DNA of 64,000 bases from an uncultured beta proteobacterium (lineage in GTDB: Bacteria; Pseudomonadota; Gammaproteobacteria; Burkholderiales; SG8-41). Below are positions 56,554-64,000 of the stretch, piece by piece; within the stretch, counting starts at the first letter, position 1; each line of letters starts with the position of its first letter. The notes beneath the pieces are model-generated. The model did no database searches. It was not told the DNA's origin and saw nothing but the letters and a program-made list of their open reading frames with translations. The stretch spans positions 642 to 64,641 of the forward strand of contig CAITMU010000025.1 in NCBI GenBank assembly GCA_903893565.1, read 5' to 3'. The position numbers were made by a program, and so were the translations under genes.

Positions 56554-56692
56554 TGAATCGAAAAAAAGCCTCTGCTTTACTTTGTTTTTTGCGATCGAGG
56601 GCTCGTCATGGGGGTGTGACGTGCTTTGACCGATTAAACCCTGTGGCCAGTACGCTCCACGGTCTTTGTCCTCTGGTTGCTGTGACTTGCTG

Positions 56693-57367
56693 ATGGACTT
56701 GTCTGCCTTACAAAGCCAACTTGGCTATGTTTTTTTGGATAAGCAACCCCTCGTTCAAGCCCTGACGCACCGCAGTCACGGATTACAGCATAACGAGCGG
56801 ATGGAGTTTTTAGGCGATAGCATCATCAATTGCCTTGTCGCGCACTGGCTCTACAAGCACTTTGCCCTTTCCAGTGAAGGGGAGCTGCACCGAATGCGCG
56901 CGAGCCTTGTGAGTGAACCCGCCTTGGCTGAGGTGGCTAAAAGTATGCAATTGGGAACTTTTATCCGTATGGGGGAGGGTGAAATCCGTAGTGGAGGCAG
57001 TTCTCGTGCTTCCATTTTGGCCGATACTTTGGAGGCGATCGTGGGGGCTGTATTTATCGAAGGAGGGTTTAGCGCTGCAGAAAACGTGATTCATAAAATC
57101 TTTGCCGAGCTCTTTACATCACTGCAGCCGGGCATTTCCGGAAAGGATGCTAAAACGCTTTTACAAGAACTACTTCAGTCCCATCACTTAGCGCTTCCCC
57201 AATACCATATCACCGCCATACGGGGTCAATCACACGAGCAATTTTTTGAAGTTCAATGTACCGTAGAAAGTCTGGGTATCCAATGCCTAGGTAACGGTAC
57301 CAGTCGGCGCCGTGCCGAGCAGCAAGCGGCCCAACTGGTCTATTTAAAAGCCCAAGATTGCCTATGA
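56693..57367 (+). CDS. rnc: ribonuclease III
   Basis: Signature NERMEFLGDS plus a dsRBD C-terminus. The start is taken at the ATG (MDLSALQSQLGY). The track ORF begins at a TTG at 56666. Confidence 0.94.
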   Translation: MDLSALQSQLGYVFLDKQPLVQALTHRSHGLQHNERMEFLGDSIINCLVAHWLYKHFALSSEGELHRMRASLVSEPALAEVAKSMQLGTFIRMGEGEIRSGGSSRASILADTLEAIVGAVFIEGGFSAAENVIHKIFAELFTSLQPGISGKDAKTLLQELLQSHHLALPQYHITAIRGQSHEQFFEVQCTVESLGIQCLGNGTSRRRAEQQAAQLVYLKAQDCL

Positions 57368-58266
57368 CAACAACGCCAGTTACACGCAGTGGTTATGTGA
57401 CCATTATTGGTCGTCCTAACGCTGGAAAATCCACTTTGCTCAATGCCTTGGTGGGTCAGAAAATCAGTATCACCTCGAGGCGACCACAAACGACCCGACA
57501 CAATGTGGCTGGCATCTATACCACCGAGGTCTGTCAATTGGTGTTTTTAGATACCCCGGGTTTTCAAACCCAGTATTCTTCGGGGCTGACCAAAGCGATG
57601 GACCGAGCGCTTAAAAATGCCTTGTCAGAGGCACATGTGGTGTTATGGCTGTTGGATGTGCTGGTGAGGCCTCATGAAGATGAAGTATTGTTTGCACGTA
57701 TTCCGCCGCATACTTCCTTGGTCATGGCATTAAATAAGATTGATCGTTTAGATAACAAGAACGAAGTGCTCGATTCTATTCAAAGCCTTGATCAGGTCTA
57801 TCATCCTAAGGCCATTGTGCCTATTTCTGCGCAAAATAAACTTCAGTTAGATACCCTCATTGAGGCTTTGGCCCCCTTGCTTCCGGAACAAGAATTTCTC
57901 TATCCTGAGGATCATGTGACCACTTCGAGCGTTAGAGTGTTAGCGGCGGAAATGGTGCGTGAAAAATTGTTTCGACTGTTGGGTCAGGAGTTGCCCTATT
58001 CCACCGCCGTAGAAATTGAGACGTTTGAAGAAAAAACGACCTTAACTAAAATTCGTGCCGTGATCCTTGTTGATAAACCAGGTCAAAAAGCCATCGTCAT
58101 TGGAAAAGACGGCGAAAAACTGAAGGAAATCGGCACGGCAGCGCGCAAAGATATCGAGAAATTACTGGATAGAAAGGTTTTTCTCGAGATTTGGGTCAAG
58201 GTCAAGCAATCCTGGGCCGATGACCAACGCACTCTAGAACGAATCGGTTTGCCCAAATTTGACTAA
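57364..58266 (+). CDS. era: GTPase Era
   Basis: G1 GRPNAGKST, G3 DTPG, G4 NKID and a KH domain C-terminus. The ATG overlaps the rnc stop (ATGA). Confidence 0.95.
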   Translation: MTTTPVTRSGYVTIIGRPNAGKSTLLNALVGQKISITSRRPQTTRHNVAGIYTTEVCQLVFLDTPGFQTQYSSGLTKAMDRALKNALSEAHVVLWLLDVLVRPHEDEVLFARIPPHTSLVMALNKIDRLDNKNEVLDSIQSLDQVYHPKAIVPISAQNKLQLDTLIEALAPLLPEQEFLYPEDHVTTSSVRVLAAEMVREKLFRLLGQELPYSTAVEIETFEEKTTLTKIRAVILVDKPGQKAIVIGKDGEKLKEIGTAARKDIEKLLDRKVFLEIWVKVKQSWADDQRTLERIGLPKFD

Positions 58267-58298
58267 TCGATAACGCACCCTTTCCCTTTTTTTGTTAG

Positions 58299-59024
58299 AT
58301 GAGCCCTGTAAAAAGCATTCGCCACAAAGAGCAACCCGGCTACGTCATCCATTCCTATCCTTATCAGGAAACGAGTCTCATCGTAGAGCTTTTTACCCGG
58401 GAATTTGGGCGCTTAGCGGTGGTGGCTAAAGGGGCTAAAAGGGCCCATTCTGCTTTACGTAGCGTGTTGATGCCTTTTCACCCGTTGACCCTCGATTGGT
58501 CTGGACGTGCAGAGTTAAAAACGTTAAGAAGTGCCGAGTGGAGAAGTGGCTATCGCACCCTCATGGGTCGCTCACTGATGTGTGGGTTTTATTTAAATGA
58601 GTTGCTATTAAAGTTACTTCACCGAGAAGACCCCCATGAGCAACTTTTTGACTATTACAGTCAAACGTTGCTCGACTTGCATCGCAGTGACGAGCCCGCC
58701 ACGGTTTTAAGGCACTTTGAAAAAAATCTTTTTCAGGAATTGGGTTATGCTCTGGTTTTAGATCGGGAGGCCCGTACGGATCAGCCTATTAAGGCTCACG
58801 AACGTTATATTTACGTGATCGATCAAGGACCGATTGCTGCTAGGCCCGGGATAAACGGGGTAGAATTATCCGGACAAACGTTAATTGACATGAACCTTAA
58901 CCAATACCACTCACCCAGCACGCAGCAGCAAAGCAAAACCTTGATGCGTGCCCTAATCAGTCACTATATCGGGCATCAGACCTTATACAGTCGCCAACTG
59001 TTAATTGATCTACAAGCCCTGTAA
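58299..59024 (+). CDS. recO: DNA repair protein RecO
   Basis: 241 aa. It has an OB-fold N-terminus (GYVIHSYPYQETSLIVELFT) and sits in the era-recO-pdxJ order. Confidence 0.9.
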   Translation: MSPVKSIRHKEQPGYVIHSYPYQETSLIVELFTREFGRLAVVAKGAKRAHSALRSVLMPFHPLTLDWSGRAELKTLRSAEWRSGYRTLMGRSLMCGFYLNELLLKLLHREDPHEQLFDYYSQTLLDLHRSDEPATVLRHFEKNLFQELGYALVLDREARTDQPIKAHERYIYVIDQGPIAARPGINGVELSGQTLIDMNLNQYHSPSTQQQSKTLMRALISHYIGHQTLYSRQLLIDLQAL

Positions 59025-59111
59025 GGGCAGGGGCGGGACACTAACAATTTTGATATCTCTAACTCTCATGGTTTTGTCTTCACTGTATTTTACTTTTATT
59101 CACTAGTGCCT

Positions 59112-59867
59112 ATGATTACCCGATTAAGTGTCAATTTGAACAAAGTGGCATTGCTGCGCAATGCACGCTCGCTGAATGTTCCGAGTGTGCTGAATGCGGG
59201 ACACATTGCCTTAAGTGCGGGGGCTGCGGGTTTAACGGTGCACCCTCGTCCGGATGAGCGTCATATTCGCCCTCAAGATGTAGAAGCGCTTTCGCAATTG
59301 GTGAAAGATCATGGGGCTGCCGAATTGAATATCGAGGGCAATCCTTTCGAAAATTTATTGCAATATGCCAGAACGTATCGTCCCCACCAATGCACACTGG
59401 TGCCGGATGCCCCAGAGCAATCTACCTCAGATCATGGTTGGGACTTACAGCGTGATGCCCCAAGACTTCGGCCTTTAGTGGCGGAACTCAAGGACTTGGG
59501 TATTCGCGTGAGTCTTTTTATGGATCCCGAGGCGCAGTCGATGGCACTAGCGGCTCAATTAGGGGCTGATCGCGTGGAGCTTTATACGGAGTCCTATGCC
59601 CGAGCTTTTGGTACGATGGCACAAGAAAGCGTATTGGCAACCTATGCCAGAGCCGCATCAGCGGCCCGTGATGCGGGGTTAATGATTAATGCCGGACATG
59701 ATCTTAATCGGCTAAATCTAGCGACCTTTATTGCTGCAACGCGCCCTATAGCCGAGGTTTCGATTGGACATGCGTTGATTGCGGAGGCGCTTGAATGGGG
59801 GTTAAAGTCAACGGTTGAAACTTACCTAGAAGCGACGCGCTTTGGCAGTGCAGGTCGGGTGTCATGA
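59112..59867 (+). CDS. pdxJ: pyridoxine 5'-phosphate synthase
   Basis: LSVNLNKVALLRNAR, HPRPDERHI and IGHALIAEAL motifs. Confidence 0.94.
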   Translation: MITRLSVNLNKVALLRNARSLNVPSVLNAGHIALSAGAAGLTVHPRPDERHIRPQDVEALSQLVKDHGAAELNIEGNPFENLLQYARTYRPHQCTLVPDAPEQSTSDHGWDLQRDAPRLRPLVAELKDLGIRVSLFMDPEAQSMALAAQLGADRVELYTESYARAFGTMAQESVLATYARAASAARDAGLMINAGHDLNRLNLATFIAATRPIAEVSIGHALIAEALEWGLKSTVETYLEATRFGSAGRVS

Positions 59868-60241
59868 TCTACGGCATTGGTGTGGACTTGGTAGAGCCTG
59901 CACGGGTGGAGCGAATTCTTTCTCTTTACGGGGAGCGTTTTGCTCAACGCGTGTTAACACCGGTTGAGTGGGCGGGCTTTCAAAGAACAAAAAAACCGGT
60001 CTTTTATATCGCCAATCGCTTCGCGGCTAAAGAAGCTTTTTCAAAGGCCATCGGTACCGGTTTTCGTTTCCCAGTGACACTTCAAAATATCAGTGTCATA
60101 CAGAACAAAGCGGGTAAACCGAGTTTTAGTGTCAGTGCCGTGCTTCAAAAAAAATTGGATGACTTTCAAATTAAAACCCACCACCTAACGATCAGTGATG
60201 AGCGCTCTTTGGTGTGTGCAACCGCCATACTCGAATTATGA
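59864..60241 (+). CDS. acpS: holo-[acyl-carrier-protein] synthase
   Basis: 125 aa with MIYGIGVDLVE and FAAKEAFSKA motifs. ATGA overlap with pdxJ. Confidence 0.94.
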   Translation: MIYGIGVDLVEPARVERILSLYGERFAQRVLTPVEWAGFQRTKKPVFYIANRFAAKEAFSKAIGTGFRFPVTLQNISVIQNKAGKPSFSVSAVLQKKLDDFQIKTHHLTISDERSLVCATAILEL

Positions 60242-61281
60242 CAACCCTTGCCCCGCGCGTTTTACCGTTAGGCCCTGTGATGCTTGATCTTCAAGGCTGT
60301 GAATTAAGCCCAGAGGAGCGCGAGCGTCTGCTTCACCCCAATATCGGTGGGGTGATCTTGTTTTCGAGAAACTTTTCAACGCTCGAAGCTTTGACTGAAT
60401 TGTGTAATCAAATTCATTCGCTGAGAAGCCCACCGTTGTTGATCGCGGTAGATCATGAGGGGGGGCGCGTGCAACGGTTTCGTGAAGGATTTACGCCGAT
60501 TGCGCCAATGCGGCAATTGGGACGTTGTTGGGAGGATCATCCTGAGCGGGCTTTGCGTTTGGCAACCGATTGTGGTTTTGTGTTAGCGAGCGAATTAAGG
60601 GCCCATGGTGTCGATTTTTCTTTTGCCCCCGTACTCGATATTGATTTTTCTCATAGCCAAGTGATTGGGGATCGTGCCTTTCATAGCGACCCCTTGATCA
60701 TTGCTCGGTTGGCCACGGCTTTCATTCAAGGGCTGCGTTTGGCTGGGATGGCATCGGTGGGTAAACACTTTCCAGGTCACGGGTTTGTAAAAGCCGATTC
60801 GCATATTGAAATCCCCATAGACAATCGAGCCTTTGAGCAGATAGATCAAATCGACTTGATCCCCTTTAGGCAATTGGTTCATGCGGGGCTCGATGCGGTG
60901 ATGCCCGCGCATGTGATTTACCCTGAGGTTGACCCGCAGCCCGCAGGCTTTTCCCATCACTGGTTGCAAACGATATTACGGGGTTCCCTTCATTTTGACG
61001 GTGTTATTTTTAGTGATGATTTGTCTATGGAGGGCGCTAAAGGGTCTGGGTCCATTACGGACCGAGCGTTATTGGCATTAAAGGCTGGATGTGACATGAT
61101 TTTAGTCTGTAACGATCCCCAAGCGGCTTTTGAACTCATGGGTACACTGGATTATCCTTATCCGCAGCGTAGCCGGGATCGGCTTATGCGCATGCGTCCT
61201 GTGAACGTTGCTCTTAATCGTCAAGCATTGGCTGTCAATGTTGAGTACCAACGGGCGCTGTCTAATCTACATGCAATGTGA
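60238..61281 (+). CDS. nagZ: beta-N-acetylhexosaminidase (GH3, peptidoglycan recycling)
   Basis: AVDHEGGRVQRF and KHFPGHG motifs. ATGA overlap with acpS. Confidence 0.93.
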   Translation: MTTLAPRVLPLGPVMLDLQGCELSPEERERLLHPNIGGVILFSRNFSTLEALTELCNQIHSLRSPPLLIAVDHEGGRVQRFREGFTPIAPMRQLGRCWEDHPERALRLATDCGFVLASELRAHGVDFSFAPVLDIDFSHSQVIGDRAFHSDPLIIARLATAFIQGLRLAGMASVGKHFPGHGFVKADSHIEIPIDNRAFEQIDQIDLIPFRQLVHAGLDAVMPAHVIYPEVDPQPAGFSHHWLQTILRGSLHFDGVIFSDDLSMEGAKGSGSITDRALLALKAGCDMILVCNDPQAAFELMGTLDYPYPQRSRDRLMRMRPVNVALNRQALAVNVEYQRALSNLHAM

Positions 61282-61326
61282 ATGTATCCTTTTATTATAA
61301 ATACCCCCCTTTAATGTGAGTGCTCG

Positions 61327-61980
61327 TTGAAAACATCTGGTTCATCAATATTGGCCTGCCAGAAATGTCCTCGACTGGCTGAGCACTTGCGGGAGGTAGA
61401 AAAAACATATCCCGAATACCATTGTCGTCCGGTTCTGCCCTTCGGAGCACAAAAGCCTAAGCTATTTATTGTGGGTTTGGCGCCAGGCTTACATGGCGCG
61501 AATCGCTCGGGTAGGCCGTTTACGGGCGACTTTGCGGGTATTTTGCTTTATGAAACGTTGTTTCGTCACGGATTTGCGAATAAACCAAAGAGCGTCGGGC
61601 TAGGGGATGGATTTAAGCTGCGGGATTGCCTGATCACCAACGCGGTTAAGTGTTTGCCGCCGCAGAATAAGCCTTTGCCGGTTGAAGTAAAAACCTGCAA
61701 TCCTTATCTGTCCGAAGAGATTAAGGCGCTGCCTCAGCGCACGCAAATTCTCGCCTTAGGCCACATTGCCCACCAAGCCGTGTTGTTGGCCTTGGGGTTA
61801 AAAAAGACCCTTTACCCCTTTGCCCATGCCGCTTCTCACTCATTGCCCCAGGGGCATACCCTATGGAATAGTTATCATTGTAGTCGGTATAACACGCAGA
61901 CCCGACGACTTACTTCGCAAATGTTTGAGGCCTTGTTTGAAAAAATGAGCCAAGCCATGGTCCAGAACCCATCGGAGTGA
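61327..61980 (+). CDS. uracil-DNA glycosylase superfamily protein, family 4/5-like (UdgB-like)
   Basis: Motif A reads GLAPGLHGANRSGRPFTGD (GLAP rather than GEAPG). Motif B reads SYHCSRYNTQTRRLT. The N-terminal CQKCPRL is consistent with an Fe-S UDG. The start is TTG, with an alternative TTG at 61351. Confidence 0.8.
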   Translation: MKTSGSSILACQKCPRLAEHLREVEKTYPEYHCRPVLPFGAQKPKLFIVGLAPGLHGANRSGRPFTGDFAGILLYETLFRHGFANKPKSVGLGDGFKLRDCLITNAVKCLPPQNKPLPVEVKTCNPYLSEEIKALPQRTQILALGHIAHQAVLLALGLKKTLYPFAHAASHSLPQGHTLWNSYHCSRYNTQTRRLTSQMFEALFEKMSQAMVQNPSE

Positions 61981-61983
61981 AAT

Positions 61984-63846
61984 ATGTCGACTCCGGATGA
62001 AAAAACCAGTGACATTGTAGACTTGACCGAGGCCGCTTCGGTAGCGGCGCGTATTGCGGAAACTTTGATCGATCTGCCCCATTTGCCCGGCATTTATCGC
62101 ATGCTCAATCAAAACGAGGACGTTTTGTATGTGGGCAAAGCCATTGATCTGAAAAAACGTGTGAGCTCTTATTTTCAGCGTACGGCTACTTTGTCGCCAC
62201 GCATTCAACTCATGGTGGCACAGGTTCGTGCCATCCAAACCACTGTGACGCGCTCTGAGAGCGAAGCGCTATTGTTAGAAAATAATCTGATTAAATCGTT
62301 AAGCCCGCGTTACAACATTTTGTTTCGCGATGATAAGTCCTATCCTTATTTACACCTGAGCGCTCACCCTTACCCTCGCTTAGGTTTTCATCGGGGGGGG
62401 GTGGATAAAAAGGAGCGTTACTTTGGCCCCTTCCCCAGTTCCGGTGCGGTGAGGCAGAGTATTCAGCTCTTACAAAAGGTTTTTTTGCTCCGTCCTTGCG
62501 AAGACAGTGTTTTTACCAATCGTTCTCGGCCTTGTTTGATGCACCAAATTAAACGGTGTAGTGCCCCTTGCGTGAATTTGATCTCCCCTGAGCAATATGC
62601 AGAGGATGTGCAGAGTGCGACGTTGTTTTTATCGGGCAAGGAAGATGATGTGATTGCCCAATTAATCGAACGCATGCAAGAGGCCGCTCAAAGCCAACAC
62701 TATGAGCTTGCGGCCAAGCACCGTGATCAGGTCAGTGCCCTTCGTGCGGTGATAGAAAAGCAATATGTAAGTGATGTGTCGGGACGCGATGCGGATGTGA
62801 TTGCATGTGCCCATTATGCCGGGGTTAATTGTGTTAATTTGGTTATGATTCGTGGTGGAAGACATATGGGAGACCATAATTATTTTCCAAAGCATGATGC
62901 CGATACGGATCTTCAAAATGTTGCAGAAGCCTTTGTCAGTCAGCATTATCAGAACCATCCGGCCCCACCGCTGATTTTTGTGCGTGAACTCGAAGAGCCT
63001 GAAACCTTGGAATTGATGTTAAGTCAGGTCGCAGGATTTCGTGTGCAAATCATGAGCCATCCGAATGGGGCGCGTCGGGTTTGGCTTGAAATGGCTGAAA
63101 AAAACGCCTTGATTGGCGCTCGTCATACGGGAACGCTCAAATCCAACCAACAAACTCGACTCTTAGCGCTCCAGACGGCCCTTGGCTTGGGTGCTCATAT
63201 TAGACGTTTTGAGTGCTTTGACATTAGTCATACGATGGGGGAGGCGACAGTGGCTTCCTGCGTCGTTTATGACCATGATGAGCTACGAAAAAGCGAATAC
63301 CGACGTTTTAACATCACAACGCCCGTAGCGGGTGACGACTATGGGGCGATGAAAGAAGTGCTTGAAAGGCGTTATCACCGTTTGGTGGAAGAGGAGGCTA
63401 TTTTGCCGGATGCGATATTGATAGACGGGGGAAAGGGGCAACTGGGTATTGCCCGTGAGGTCATGGCCAATCTTGGGCTATCGACTCCTTTGTTGATTGG
63501 TGTGGCCAAGGGCGAGGGCAGAAAGGCCGGTCTAGAAGCACTATGGGTGCCAGGCCAAGATCGCCCTTTTTTACTCGGTGCGGATCATCCGGGTTTACTG
63601 CTCATTCTTCAAATTCGCGACGAAGCGCATCGATTCGCGATTACCGGTCATCGAGCGCGTCGTGGCAAGTCGCGCTCGCAATCGCCGTTGGAGAATATTG
63701 CAGGCGTTGGCAGTAAAAGAAGACAACGTTTACTTGCCCATTTTGGAGGGTTAAGGGGCCTTCAGGCGGCCGGTGTGGAGGAAATCGCACAGATTGAAGG
63801 TATCAGTGCGACTTTAGCCGAAAAAATCTATCAGGAATTACACTGA
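61984..63846 (+). CDS. uvrC: excinuclease ABC subunit C
   Basis: GIY-YIG domain (PGIYRMLNQNEDVLYVGKAIDLKKRV), UvrBC domain, Endo V-like domain and C-terminal (HhH)2. Confidence 0.97.
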   Translation: MSTPDEKTSDIVDLTEAASVAARIAETLIDLPHLPGIYRMLNQNEDVLYVGKAIDLKKRVSSYFQRTATLSPRIQLMVAQVRAIQTTVTRSESEALLLENNLIKSLSPRYNILFRDDKSYPYLHLSAHPYPRLGFHRGGVDKKERYFGPFPSSGAVRQSIQLLQKVFLLRPCEDSVFTNRSRPCLMHQIKRCSAPCVNLISPEQYAEDVQSATLFLSGKEDDVIAQLIERMQEAAQSQHYELAAKHRDQVSALRAVIEKQYVSDVSGRDADVIACAHYAGVNCVNLVMIRGGRHMGDHNYFPKHDADTDLQNVAEAFVSQHYQNHPAPPLIFVRELEEPETLELMLSQVAGFRVQIMSHPNGARRVWLEMAEKNALIGARHTGTLKSNQQTRLLALQTALGLGAHIRRFECFDISHTMGEATVASCVVYDHDELRKSEYRRFNITTPVAGDDYGAMKEVLERRYHRLVEEEAILPDAILIDGGKGQLGIAREVMANLGLSTPLLIGVAKGEGRKAGLEALWVPGQDRPFLLGADHPGLLLILQIRDEAHRFAITGHRARRGKSRSQSPLENIAGVGSKRRQRLLAHFGGLRGLQAAGVEEIAQIEGISATLAEKIYQELH

Positions 63847-63919
63847 AGCGTTACCATAGACTTTGCTATTGTGTGCTTCATCCGTGAATTGAAGTTCCTA
63901 ATAATGGTCATTCCCCGTC

Positions 63920-64000
63920 ATGACATTAACGCTACCCACCTTATTAACCTGGTTGAGGATTGTTCTTATCCCTTTGTTTGTGGGAGTATTTTATTTTGAT
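63920..64000 (+). CDS. pgsA: CDP-diacylglycerol--glycerol-3-phosphate 3-phosphatidyltransferase, 3'-truncated by the window edge
   Basis: MTLTLPTLLTWLRIVLIPLFVGVFYFD matches the PgsA N-terminus (E. coli ...[22 protein letters not shown]). uvrC-pgsA adjacency is as in E. coli. Only 27 codons are visible. Confidence 0.75.
   Translation, partial: MTLTLPTLLTWLRIVLIPLFVGVFYFD

Overview
By eye this window is almost entirely conserved core chromosome of a Gram-negative bacterium with moderate GC content. Gene content and order look betaproteobacterial: dapC-dapD, smc-zipA-ligA and an algU/mucABD-type rpoE operon. I cannot name the species from sequence alone. I call 58 protein-coding genes and see no rRNA, tRNA, CRISPR array, IS element, integrase, phage gene or recognisable defence or toxin-antitoxin module.

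The main blocks are:
- dnaX(partial)-ybaB-recR, then rluB
- prmB-dapD-dapC-queF on the minus strand
- smc-zipA-ligA
- hpt, a methylthio-nucleoside phosphorylase and def
- glnD and map (minus), diverging from the long rpsB-tsf-pyrH-frr-uppS-cdsA-dxr-rseP-bamA-skp-lpxD-fabZ-lpxA-lpxB-rnhB array
- pyrG-kdsA-eno-ftsB-folD
- rpoE-rseA-rseB-degP-glutaredoxin-like, followed directly by lepA-lepB-rnc-era-recO-pdxJ-acpS-nagZ
- a UDG-family gene, uvrC and the first 27 codons of pgsA

Only two stretches look non-core. The first is a four-gene metabolic block at about 41.5-49.3 kb. It holds a 1171-aa fused GltD/NfnB-like plus PyrK/NfnA-like iron-sulfur flavoprotein, a ThDP (thiamine diphosphate, also written TPP) enzyme, an omega-aminotransferase and a CE4-fold hydrolase. 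The second is an orphan GT-B-like gene at 33.8-34.8 kb.

I found no convincing novel system. The best candidates for follow-up are:
- the fused flavoprotein and its neighbours
- short tandem-repeat arrays of 9-10 bp period in two intergenic regions
- a 46-codon ORF bridging lepB and rnc
- a terminator-like hairpin placed directly in front of lepA
- long G/C homopolymer tracts inside uvrC and rseB

All functional calls rest on motif and family recognition by eye and on synteny. No database search was possible.
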